64,000 bases of DNA, taken from contig VGOP01000003.1 in NCBI GenBank assembly GCA_016875875.1, positions 98,687 to 162,686 on the forward strand, written 5' to 3'. This stretch comes from Chloroflexota bacterium (GTDB lineage Bacteria > Chloroflexota > Dehalococcoidia > GIF9 > UBA5629). Both the position numbers and the translations under genes were made by a program. Of the stretch, positions 36,934-45,789 are shown piece by piece (position 1 is the first letter of the stretch; each line of letters opens with the position of its first letter). Under the pieces are notes generated by a model. The model worked only from the letters and a program-made list of their open reading frames with translations. It did not search any database and was not told the DNA's origin.

Positions 36934-39892
36934 ATTCGGCGCGCTCGATAAGCTCGACCTGCATGTCTTTGTTGAGCGTAACGAAATAGGCATTATAGCC
37001 GGAGATACGCACCAGCAAATTCCTGTAGTTTTCAGGGTGGGCCATGGCATCCCGCAGCATAGCCGAGGTAACCACATTCATCTGCATTTGCATACCGCCA
37101 AGCTCGAAATAAGTCTTGGCATAGGAGAACATGCTGTTGACCACCTCTTCACGCGTATCCCGTGCACTGGGCACAACCTTGATGTTGAAAGCTATGTTGT
37201 TATTCATATTTCTGGGATTCAGCCGAGCCACATCGCGGATATTTTCCAGAAGGTTCTTCGATGCATTTGGCTCAGGTGTTAGGCCTGGGGTAAATGCCTT
37301 GCCCGCAAGTCTACCGGAGGGGAGCGCACCGCTCAGAGTACCGAAAGCAACATGATTGGACATGGACCAGAATCCAGCTGTGTAACGCCCACCCCTGTAA
37401 TTCACATGGTTCCAATAGGTATCGCGGGCAAATTCAGTCACCCTGTTGGCGATGTCAACCGCTTCACCGTTGTCTGAACCGAAGAAAGGGACCTTCTTGG
37501 TTACCATGGCATGGAGCACAGAATTGTCAGCGAAGTTGTTATCAATCGCCCTCTTTAGCTCTTTAAATGTGACTTTCTTTTCATCGAACACCAGTCTCTT
37601 TATCACCATCAACGAATCGGTTACATCAGCCAGGCCGATGCAGGCAGAGCCAGATGAATTGTGTTTGGCGCCGCCCTTGGTAATATCTTTACCTTTCTTG
37701 ATGGGACCGTCAATAAGTGCCGACAGTAATGGAGTCGGACGCAACACACCATGCGCCTCACCAAGCATGTTGTTATACTCCACGGATTTGTCGATAAGGA
37801 ACTTGAACTGGGTTTTAAATGCGTCAAAGAAACCCTCAAATGTCTTGAAAGCTCCGTCTTCGATGCTACCTGTTCTCGGGCCGACTTCCCAATTCATGAG
37901 CGGATGTTTGCCATTATTCAGCGCCATCTCGAGTGCAGCAACCATATTCATCATCATACAGTTGGTGTGCCCCATGTGCTTACCGCAAAGGGTAGGCTCA
38001 ACACAACCTGTAGCCGACCAGTCTCTTAAGTCCTCGACGGGATAATTGAAACTTTCCAGCGATTTCATAACTACCTCATCGTTGTGCATCGAAGGGGTGG
38101 CGGCGGTAACCATATTCACCTCACAGAGGCGCTTGAGATAGGTGTCGCTGTTTTTTGCCCTGTTATATCGTGCGTTCACATTCGGGTCACGGATCCCTAG
38201 CATCTCGGTCACTTTGAGGAAGATGTAAGTCATGTCACAAACTGCATCCTCGCCAGCGGGAGTAACTCCGCCCAGTGTAATAACCTGGTCGGAAGAGCTG
38301 CCGCCAAAAAGGTAGTTGCCGATGTCAGGCACGAGTGGTAGATGGTCAGCGCAGCGCATATAGAGACAGCCCACCAGTTCGATTGCCTTTTTAATATACT
38401 CTTCTCTCTCCTTCTCGGTGGCAAGCTTCTTCATATCAGTGACAAAATAGGGCTGGAGCCACTGGTCGAGTCTGCCCAACGACAAACCGGCATTGGTGTT
38501 TTCCGTGTGAAGCCCAATCCAGGCTATCCACATAGCATTGATTGCCTCGTCAAGGGTTTCTGCTGGGTTCTCAGGTACCCTGGCGCAGATCGCGGCTAGC
38601 CGCTCAAGCTCAGCTTTCCTTTCGGCGTCTGATTCTAATTTAACCTCGGCTGCTGCCTGCTTGGAAAGATTCCTGGCATAAGCTGCAAGTCCCTGCAAAC
38701 AAAGTATCATCGCCTCAAGAGTATGCTTTTTCTGTGTGTCTGCTGATTTATCGCGCTTGAGTTCCTCTTTGATTTCTCGGATAATTCCTTTCGTACCGAG
38801 TGCTAGAAGTTTGGGGAAATTTGGTATGGTGTGTGACATGGCCACTGTCTTCCATAGGAAGTAGACGGCAAAGCGCTCATCAAGCATCTGGGAGAGCGGT
38901 CTGTTATATTTTTCCCTGACCCACTCACGGAAATTCCTCTTCATCCAGTATGGAAAGACATAATGATGCAGGATTTCAACCGTTTCAGGCGATATATCGT
39001 AGGGATTGAGTTGCCTGTCAGGAGTGGATAACAATTCCCCCCAGATCATGTTTGCGTGGGCATCGGGGTAAAGAATCACGCCGATTTCCTTAGTCGTAGT
39101 AGTCCCAGCAATGAGGTCGTCCTTACGGATGACGGGTTCTTTATTTTCCATTAAGTACCTAAACATATCTCCCTGGCGCAATTCCGGAACCCAGGTCTTC
39201 CCCGATTTGTCCACCTCAAAGCCGTTTGCTACGCACCAGTCGGTTACTAGCTTTGCGCGTTCATGACAAATTTCAGGTTTTGTTTCAAAATGGATGTCAA
39301 GGAACTTTTTTAACCTCGGGAAATCGTTTATGTCATATTGTGACAGGTAAGGCTCGGAAAGGTATTTAACGCCAGCATCTACCTTTTTACCTACCAGGCG
39401 TTCCTTTCTTCTCCGACTCATTTCCTGATGGAGTATTGGGGCAGACGGCGGCAATGCAGCCTTCTCTCTGGCATCTTCAGCTTTCTGCTTTTCCACCATC
39501 TTCTTGTGCTTTTTCCATAGTAGCAAGGACATTAGGAAGTTAAATAGTTGGACATAGTTCATATTTCCTTCTATCCGCAGTCTGCTCTTTAAGAGCATAT
39601 TCAATACTTCGTTGGGTGTTACCTTCAGCATTTCTTTGACCACTTCGTCCCCGGCGAAAATCAAGGTGGCGTCAACATTTTTGGGAATACTGGAGGAAAC
39701 TCTTGCTTTGCCGTCATTAAAGATGAGTGCTTTCTCGACAGTGTTGGTCTCCGTCCTTACACCGATGGAAAAATTGAGCCACCCGTGGCTACTTTTAAGA
39801 TATTTCCTCAATGATGGCCTGAGGTTGTAGTTTGCCGCCATCAGTAGAAGTAGAACCCGAGCCAGAAAATCTGTGGACGTTCGCTTAACCAT
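36923..39892 (-). CDS. Glycyl radical enzyme with N-terminal SCP2 sterol-carrier-like domain fusion (GRE2, 989 aa)
   Basis: Residues ~40-135 match the SCP2 C-terminal pattern (DATLIFAGDEVVKEMLKVTPNEVLNMLLKSRLRIEGNMNYVQLFNFLMSL). A Lys-rich linker follows, then a full GRE core with GCVE active-site Cys and C-terminal RISGYNAYF. Confidence 0.8.
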   Translation of the reverse strand: MVKRTSTDFLARVLLLLMAANYNLRPSLRKYLKSSHGWLNFSIGVRTETNTVEKALIFNDGKARVSSSIPKNVDATLIFAGDEVVKEMLKVTPNEVLNMLLKSRLRIEGNMNYVQLFNFLMSLLLWKKHKKMVEKQKAEDAREKAALPPSAPILHQEMSRRRKERLVGKKVDAGVKYLSEPYLSQYDINDFPRLKKFLDIHFETKPEICHERAKLVTDWCVANGFEVDKSGKTWVPELRQGDMFRYLMENKEPVIRKDDLIAGTTTTKEIGVILYPDAHANMIWGELLSTPDRQLNPYDISPETVEILHHYVFPYWMKRNFREWVREKYNRPLSQMLDERFAVYFLWKTVAMSHTIPNFPKLLALGTKGIIREIKEELKRDKSADTQKKHTLEAMILCLQGLAAYARNLSKQAAAEVKLESDAERKAELERLAAICARVPENPAETLDEAINAMWIAWIGLHTENTNAGLSLGRLDQWLQPYFVTDMKKLATEKEREEYIKKAIELVGCLYMRCADHLPLVPDIGNYLFGGSSSDQVITLGGVTPAGEDAVCDMTYIFLKVTEMLGIRDPNVNARYNRAKNSDTYLKRLCEVNMVTAATPSMHNDEVVMKSLESFNYPVEDLRDWSATGCVEPTLCGKHMGHTNCMMMNMVAALEMALNNGKHPLMNWEVGPRTGSIEDGAFKTFEGFFDAFKTQFKFLIDKSVEYNNMLGEAHGVLRPTPLLSALIDGPIKKGKDITKGGAKHNSSGSACIGLADVTDSLMVIKRLVFDEKKVTFKELKRAIDNNFADNSVLHAMVTKKVPFFGSDNGEAVDIANRVTEFARDTYWNHVNYRGGRYTAGFWSMSNHVAFGTLSGALPSGRLAGKAFTPGLTPEPNASKNLLENIRDVARLNPRNMNNNIAFNIKVVPSARDTREEVVNSMFSYAKTYFELGGMQMQMNVVTSAMLRDAMAHPENYRNLLVRISGYNAYFVTLNKDMQVELIERAEYGI

Positions 39893-40068
39893 AGAAAGAT
39901 TTCCTCCCCTCCAATGTTATGCTGAAACTGAAAACCAACATAGTCTTGCAATTAAACTGCTTCTATTGTAGCAGAAAATTTAGCAATTGGTTATGTACCG
40001 TTTAGATGTATTGCCATTGACACGCATTCAGGCAGATGCTACTCTTGCTTGCAAAAGGAGTCAGCTTC

Positions 40069-40290
40069 ATGAAACAGCAGACTGTTACTGACAAAGATAA
40101 GGCTATGGCACAGCGGTGTGTGGAGTGTCCTATGTGCGCCCAAGCCCGAAAAAAGCAAAAAGGATTTGCCTTCTGGGTAGTCAAAAACATTGAGGGTGGT
40201 ATATGCCCGTATTGCAAAGCGTATGAGAAGGTGTACGGTCGAAAGGCGCACGAGCCCGTGCCGGCGCACAGTAAGGTAGCGGGCAGATAA
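40069..40290 (+). CDS. Small zinc-ribbon protein (CxxCxxC ... CxxC), 73 aa, hypothetical
   Basis: CVECPMC and CPYC; ATG preceded by AAGGAG. Confidence 0.4.
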   Translation: MKQQTVTDKDKAMAQRCVECPMCAQARKKQKGFAFWVVKNIEGGICPYCKAYEKVYGRKAHEPVPAHSKVAGR

Positions 40291-40302
40291 AACTTGTTGG
40301 TA

Positions 40303-41439
40303 ATGGCCATGGGTTGGCAGTGGATAATACTAATCTTAATAATCCCTATCGTGCTTGTCGTAGTCCTGTTGACTAAGCCAGTCCAGACCGGTCTCAGAAC
40401 CATCGCTTTGCTAATAGATTTAGGTGTCAGCTATAGATGGAAAACCAACGCTATTCCCAAAAGCATAGTTATCTCTGAGGTAACATATCCCTGTGGCAAC
40501 CGGGATATTGTTGCCAATTTATATCGTCCCAATGACCGAGGCCGACACTCGGGCATAATCCTGGCTCATGGCGCTGTTAAAGATGGCAAAGATGATCCAG
40601 CCCTGCTGCTAGCAGGCCAAAGCTTGGCACGTGCTGGGTATATCGTTCTGGTGCCTCAACTTGATAACCTGGCTAAGTTTCGACTCCACCAGGGTGATAT
40701 CGAGGCTTTAGTCATCAGTTTTCAATATATCTCGGGACAAGAATTCACTAGCGGGAAAATAGGGATGATAGGCATCTGCCTAAGCGCGCCACTGGTGTTT
40801 CTTGCTGCCACCGAGCCGAGTATAAGCCATGATATATCCGTTATCGGCTACTGGGGTGGTTACTACAACATCAATGATTGGTTGGGGGCTGTGATTACAG
40901 GACACTACTTTGATGAAGGTGAAACCAAACCGTGGAAACCCCGCATTTTTTTGACGGAAGAACTCCCCAGGTGGCTCATCGAGCTTATGCCTGAATCTTC
41001 GGACAAGTCCTATCTTGAGGAGATGCTGAGAGGAGACTCCGTGGATTTTGCCAGGAGTGACCTCTCTCCCACAGGACAAGCTATGCATGAACTGCTTACC
41101 AATCGCGATCCCGCTCGAGCAGGAGACCTCTGGGCAGAGCTCGACCCAGAGATCCAGCAGACGCTTGATGGCTTATCGCCACACCTGAGGATTAATCAGC
41201 TCCAGACAAAGATAGCTATTATCCACACCTTTACCGACGATGTCATACCCTGGGTAGAGTCTAGCAAGCTGGCCGAAGTCATTGAGGATGAAAAAGAGAT
41301 TTACTTCAAGGTATTTCGCCAGTTCTACCACGTCAGCATCGAGGACTTGTTAAAGGCACGAATATCCAATCTCCACAATGCCACCTCAGAGGCTTTCCAG
41401 TTCTACCTCTACATGTGCCGTATTTTCTATCAGTTGTGA
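40303..41439 (+). CDS. Membrane-anchored alpha/beta-hydrolase-fold protein (dienelactone-hydrolase-like), hypothetical
   Basis: N-terminal TM helix; HGAVKDG...; candidate nucleophile elbow GICLSAP (Cys or Ser). Weak family assignment. Confidence 0.45.
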   Translation: MAMGWQWIILILIIPIVLVVVLLTKPVQTGLRTIALLIDLGVSYRWKTNAIPKSIVISEVTYPCGNRDIVANLYRPNDRGRHSGIILAHGAVKDGKDDPALLLAGQSLARAGYIVLVPQLDNLAKFRLHQGDIEALVISFQYISGQEFTSGKIGMIGICLSAPLVFLAATEPSISHDISVIGYWGGYYNINDWLGAVITGHYFDEGETKPWKPRIFLTEELPRWLIELMPESSDKSYLEEMLRGDSVDFARSDLSPTGQAMHELLTNRDPARAGDLWAELDPEIQQTLDGLSPHLRINQLQTKIAIIHTFTDDVIPWVESSKLAEVIEDEKEIYFKVFRQFYHVSIEDLLKARISNLHNATSEAFQFYLYMCRIFYQL

Positions 41440-41994
41440 ACAATAAGCCCACAAAGGATAACATAAATCTTGAGAAGGGGGTGCGAAAATATGGTCTAGA
41501 TATTGGGATGGACAACACCAGTTGGCCTAGGCATCTTTTTCGCCGGTCTGGGCATCTTGCTTTGGGGAGCTCAATCTAGCCAACGTGTCAGGCAGCCCAA
41601 GCAAAAGGAAGAGTAAAACTCTTTGCTATTTGCCTATCTCGCTAAAGTATGACGGTAGCCGCAATTGCTCGTCTCCTGTGCCAGGCCAAGCACTTGACAC
41701 GGCTTCTGCAGAAGTATTAATGTAATAGCTCATGAAGGTACGGAAGTTCGACTGGGTTGTATTTTACGCATTGTGGGTTCTCTGGGTTATCCTCTTGCCA
41801 TTCATGTATCTTTGGGCTGCTGTGAGAGCTCGGAAAAATTGAGAGATAGGAGTTCCAACCTTCAAAATAATGGCGTATTTTGTTAACAGAAGTGGGCAAC
41901 ACTGTGTAGGATTGAGCAACCTAGTCTGTCGGCTTAGCAGATACAGCAATAGTCATCGTGATTCGATAAATTGTGGGAAAAAGGAGGCAGGCAA

Positions 41995-42828
41995 ATGAAA
42001 CATAAAGAAGGTAAATTCAAAGGATATGAAGGGCTTACCATCTATTACCAGTGCTGGCTGCCAGACAAAAGCCCCAAGGCGGTATTGCTGGTTGCTCACG
42101 GCTTGGCTGAGCATAGCGGGCGCTACAAAAACTTGGTCAATTACTTCGTCCCCAAGGGCTATGCTGTCTATGCACTTGACTATCGCGGTCATGGCAAGTC
42201 AGAGGGCATACGCTCCTATGTTGACCGATTCTCTGATTACCTCGCTGACCTCAAAACTTTTTTCAACATGGTGCGCAAAGAGTATAAAAATGCCAAGATT
42301 TTCCTCGTTGGCCATAGTATGGGTGGAACGATTGCCACCGCCTATGCCATCGAGCACCAGAAGGAGCTAGCAGGTGTGATAACGTCTGCGGCACTTCTTG
42401 TGGCAAGTCCCACCGTTTCGCCGGCACTGCTTGCCATAGCCGGAGTAATCGCAGCGCTGGCACCGAAAATGCGTCTCACCGTCATTGATGCCTCTACCCT
42501 CAGCCGGGATAAGGCTGTGGTGGACGCCTACGACAGTGACCCGCTGGTATACCGCGGCAAGTTACCTGCTCGAATCGGTGCCGAGCTGGCCAAGATGTGG
42601 AAGAAGCTGCCCGAGCAGATGCCAGAGATAAACCTGCCCATGCTGATTATGCATGGAAGCGCCGACCAGTTGGCGGCCCCAGAAGGCAGCCAGCTGTTGT
42701 ATGAGCGGGCAGGCTCGAAAGATAAGACGCTGAAGCTTTACGACGGCTTCTATCACGAAATCTTCAATGAGCCGGAGCACAAACGTGTCATGGCCGATGT
42801 AGATGTCTGGCTAGCTAAACACGTCTGA
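41995..42828 (+). CDS. Alpha/beta hydrolase, lysophospholipase / monoacylglycerol-lipase-like
   Basis: HGLAEHSGRY, nucleophile elbow GHSMGG, C-terminal ...DGFYHEIFNE. Start at MKHKEGK with GGAGG SD. Confidence 0.7.
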   Translation: MKHKEGKFKGYEGLTIYYQCWLPDKSPKAVLLVAHGLAEHSGRYKNLVNYFVPKGYAVYALDYRGHGKSEGIRSYVDRFSDYLADLKTFFNMVRKEYKNAKIFLVGHSMGGTIATAYAIEHQKELAGVITSAALLVASPTVSPALLAIAGVIAALAPKMRLTVIDASTLSRDKAVVDAYDSDPLVYRGKLPARIGAELAKMWKKLPEQMPEINLPMLIMHGSADQLAAPEGSQLLYERAGSKDKTLKLYDGFYHEIFNEPEHKRVMADVDVWLAKHV

Positions 42829-42925
42829 TTGAGCCAGGCTTAGCTTTATATCCCCAATAAGTGTAGGGATAGGCCTTTAGGCCTGTCCAAAGTAATTGTG
42901 AATTCTGCAACAAAAGGAGGTAAAA

Positions 42926-43255
42926 ATGGCTGATTGTCACTATCATAAAGAGAGCATTGCTAAATTAGGCAAGTTGTATGAGCTGAAGCCTGAGCTTTTG
43001 CAGGCTTTTATGAATTTCGATGGCAAGGTCTTCGCTGACGGCGCCTTGAGCACTCGGATTAAAGAGCTGATTGCTGTGGCCTGCGCTCACATCACTCAGT
43101 GCCCTTACTGCATTGCCGCGCACACAAAGAAAGCAAAAACAGCAGGAGCAACGGATGGGGAGCTAGCAGAAGCAATATTTGTCGCTGCATCGCTACGTGC
43201 CGGCGGTACTCTAGCACATAGCTGCATAGCCATCGAGGCCTTAGAAGAGAAGTAG
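42926..43255 (+). CDS. Carboxymuconolactone decarboxylase (AhpD-like) family protein
   Basis: CPYCIAAH motif (CxxC..H of AhpD/CMD core) in a 109-aa protein. Confidence 0.75.
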   Translation: MADCHYHKESIAKLGKLYELKPELLQAFMNFDGKVFADGALSTRIKELIAVACAHITQCPYCIAAHTKKAKTAGATDGELAEAIFVAASLRAGGTLAHSCIAIEALEEK

Positions 43256-43588
43256 ACTGTACCGTTAGCTTTGTATCTAGCCCTTAGCGAGTCATATATG
43301 TGAAGTAGGGACAGGTTTTTAAAGGTTCCGTTTGCTCTTGATTGATTTCACATTCCAGTCTTTACAGAAATAGCATTTGGTGCCTTTATAAGTACCAAAC
43401 TTGGTAGTATTTATAGACTTGCAATTACTGGCAGGTTGATTATGAAGGGAAAATATAGTTCTCTCAGTTGGTGGGGATGTAACCGTCTTGTTGTTTGATG
43501 TGTCACTAGTGTACTAGACGAGTACAAGGATTTGACTTCTTAGTTGAAAAACACTATTCTTTATCCTTCGGTCTAAGTAGAAATTGCT

Positions 43589-43657
43589 TGTCACACTGAG
43601 CAATAGCTAAGGGTCTCCAGATTCTTCGCTCTGCTCAGAATGACACTGAGGATCTGG
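43589..43657. repeat. Intergenic inverted-repeat element of the CACTGTCATTCTGAGCGAAG family (locus 1), upstream of rplY
   Basis: TGTCACACTGAGC ...(~30 nt)... GCTCAGAATGACACTGAG, nested in CCAGAT...ATCTGG. Related copies at 53330..53425 and 54421..54456. Confidence 0.4.
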
Positions 43658-43689
43658 ACAATCTCGGCAGACCAAAGAGAGGTAACAAT

Positions 43690-44364
43690 ATGAAACGACA
43701 TGAACTCGAAGTTTCCAAAAGAGACATAACCGGCAAGAAAGTAAGATTTCTACGCCGCCAAGGTATCACTCCAGGTAATATCTATGGGCACGGAATTGAC
43801 TCCACCGCGGTAAAGATGGATGCCAAAAGTTTGAAGCATTTGCTGGCCCATGTAGGCGGAACCGACCTTATCTCCCTAAAAATCGACAATTCAAAGACCC
43901 CAGTACTAGTCCTAGTTCGCGATGTGCAAAGAAACCCGCTCACTGATGAGCTTCTCCACGTGGACTTCTATCAGGTCAAGATGACCGAAAAGATAAAGGC
44001 AGACGTTGCTCTGGTATTCGTCGGAGAGGCACCGGTGCTTGATAAAATCAAGAAAGCCTCCGTCCTTCCTCTAATTGATTCCCTGCACATTGAAGCTTTG
44101 CCCGATGACTTACCTCACAGCCTCGAGGTAGACCTGTCAAGCCTTGAAGAGCTTGACAGTACAATCCACGTCAAAGACATCCATCTCGGCGATGGCATAA
44201 CCCTCCTCAGCGACCCAGAACAGATGGTGGTCAAAGTAGCCGAGGCACGCAAAGAAGAGGTTGAGGTGGTGCCTGAGGTGGTTGAGGCGGAGCTTAAGGA
44301 AGGGGTTGAGGAAGTGGCAGAAGAGGCTGAAGCCGAGGCTGAACCTGGTGCCGAGGAAGAGTAG
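43690..44364 (+). CDS. rplY: 50S ribosomal protein L25 / general stress protein Ctc, with acidic C-terminal extension
   Basis: MKRHELEVSKRDITGKKVRFLRRQGITPGNIYGHG... L25 N-terminus; Glu/Ala-rich tail. Confidence 0.8.
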   Translation: MKRHELEVSKRDITGKKVRFLRRQGITPGNIYGHGIDSTAVKMDAKSLKHLLAHVGGTDLISLKIDNSKTPVLVLVRDVQRNPLTDELLHVDFYQVKMTEKIKADVALVFVGEAPVLDKIKKASVLPLIDSLHIEALPDDLPHSLEVDLSSLEELDSTIHVKDIHLGDGITLLSDPEQMVVKVAEARKEEVEVVPEVVEAELKEGVEEVAEEAEAEAEPGAEEE

Positions 44365-44372
44365 ACCGCGGG

Positions 44373-45170
44373 CTAGCTATATGCCGAAATGAAGTCCCGC
44401 AATGCTTTAATGTATTGTTCCATGCCACCTGAGAAAATGGTGTTGTGGTCGACCCCAGGGATTATGAGCAAGCGTTTGTCTTTGGCAGCAATACTGTCAT
44501 AAAGCGCCTTGCCTTCCTCAACGGGCACTATCTGGTCATACTCACCATGCATAACTAAGGTGGGAAGAGAAATTTTCCGAATAAGTTTAAGGCTGGAAGG
44601 CGTCTTCGGCACATAGATACCAAGAGCTTCGAGCGGAAAGCCTAAATATACAAATAGGTTGAATACATTGGCAAAGCCGCTCTCTATAATCAGACCACTG
44701 AGCTGATTCTGGTAATGCGAGGCCAGCTCAATAGCAGAAGCACTGCCTAGAGAGCGACCCATAAGAAAGAGGTTTCCTGAAAACCCCTTCTCTTTCAATA
44801 CTCGCTTAAAGCCCTCAAATATAGGATGGGCATCCTTCATCATGCTGGTGAGCGTGGGCTTGCCTCCACTCCTACCATAGCCTCTGTAATCAGCTACAAA
44901 AAGATTAAGCCCAATCTGGTTATAAATAGAGCCAATGGGCTCGTAATCGCTGGCTATCTCACCGTTACCATGAAAGAACAGAACATTTGGGTATTTCTTA
45001 TCACCAAAATAGAAGCAATAGGAAACGGAGGTCGCCTTATCAACCAGAACGGTGTCAGCAATGACATTAGCTGCTGCTGATATCTCAAAGGAGTCTTTTC
45101 GAGGGTAAAAAATAAATTGCAAAATTTCCGGTTTATCTAGCGCTTCAAGCTCATGCCAAGGCTCAGCCAT
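44373..45170 (-). CDS. Alpha/beta hydrolase (S9/BAAT-like), hypothetical
   Basis: Nucleophile elbow GRSLGS, HGEYDQIVP, C-terminal VDHN. Start moved to ATG (MAEPWHE...) preceded by TAGGAGG; the track ORF extends upstream through a hairpin region. Confidence 0.6.
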   Translation of the reverse strand: MAEPWHELEALDKPEILQFIFYPRKDSFEISAAANVIADTVLVDKATSVSYCFYFGDKKYPNVLFFHGNGEIASDYEPIGSIYNQIGLNLFVADYRGYGRSGGKPTLTSMMKDAHPIFEGFKRVLKEKGFSGNLFLMGRSLGSASAIELASHYQNQLSGLIIESGFANVFNLFVYLGFPLEALGIYVPKTPSSLKLIRKISLPTLVMHGEYDQIVPVEEGKALYDSIAAKDKRLLIIPGVDHNTIFSGGMEQYIKALRDFISAYS

Positions 45171-45228
45171 GATACCTCCTAATACTGTTGACTTTTGTTG
45201 CTCATTACAATTTTGCCATATGTAGCGC

Positions 45229-45270
45229 GACCCTTTGGGGTCGCTTTTTGAAGCGAGGCTAAAGCCTCGC
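45229..45270 (+). terminator. Tandem GC-rich hairpins (GCGACCC-TTTG-GGGTCGC followed by TTTTTG; GCGAGGC-TAAA-GCCTCGC)
   Basis: Read directly. Looks like an intrinsic terminator on the + strand although no + strand gene ends nearby. Lies between two minus-strand genes. Confidence 0.3.
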
Positions 45271-45303
45271 AACTACACAACCGAAATCCAACAGTGCCTA
45301 TCG

Positions 45304-45759
45304 CTAAATCTTTATTATCTCCCCTTTAACATCTTCCCCAATTGTCAGGATACCAAAGGACTGCCATCCTGGCCCGGGATTAAAAAAGAGAACTCCTCCA
45401 ATGTGTTCAATCTTGGCCCGGTGACTATGTCCGTATATGATGATATCTACATCGTCAAATAGCTCCCTCACCCTGTGCTCTATGCCTTCCGGGCCACCCC
45501 ACCCGTGGGTAAGCCCGATTTTCCTGCCTCCGACCACCAAAAGCTCCTTATCTGGTAGCAAGCTTCTGAGTTTCATCGAATCCACGTTACCGTGTACCGC
45601 CTTCACCCCACCCAGCCGTTGCAGCCCTTCAAGGACCGATGAGCCAACAAAGTCACCAGCGTGGACGATCAAATCAATATTTGAAAACGCCCTGATGATC
45701 TCCTGGGGTATCTCTTCTGCCAGATGAATGTGGGTATCAGAAAGCACACCGATTCTCAT
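45304..45759 (-). CDS. Metallophosphoesterase (YfcE/MJ0936-like phosphodiesterase)
   Basis: MRIGVLSDTHIH...HAGDF...GNVD...GHSH motif series. Confidence 0.75.
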   Translation of the reverse strand: MRIGVLSDTHIHLAEEIPQEIIRAFSNIDLIVHAGDFVGSSVLEGLQRLGGVKAVHGNVDSMKLRSLLPDKELLVVGGRKIGLTHGWGGPEGIEHRVRELFDDVDIIIYGHSHRAKIEHIGGVLFFNPGPGWQSFGILTIGEDVKGEIIKI

Positions 45760-45789
45760 GGAGAATCTCCGACAAGCTAAAGCAAGATC

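Noticed and set aside
36923-39892. Possibility that GRE2 is an X-succinate synthase (alkyl/benzylsuccinate synthase) because of the lipid-binding SCP2 domain
   Set aside because: X-succinate synthases lack the Glu two residues after the active-site Cys and need small Fe-S subunits (BssB/C, AssB/C). GRE2 has GCVE and no small-subunit genes are present. An eliminase/dehydratase-type chemistry is more consistent, though it is unproven.
41440-41970. Tiny hydrophobic ORFs (about 36-37 aa, e.g. MKVRKFDWVVFYALWVLWVILLPFMYLWAAVRARKN) in the gap between the two hydrolase genes
   Set aside because: No convincing ribosome-binding sites, and their length is below what can be supported from sequence alone. 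Mentioned only as possible small membrane proteins.
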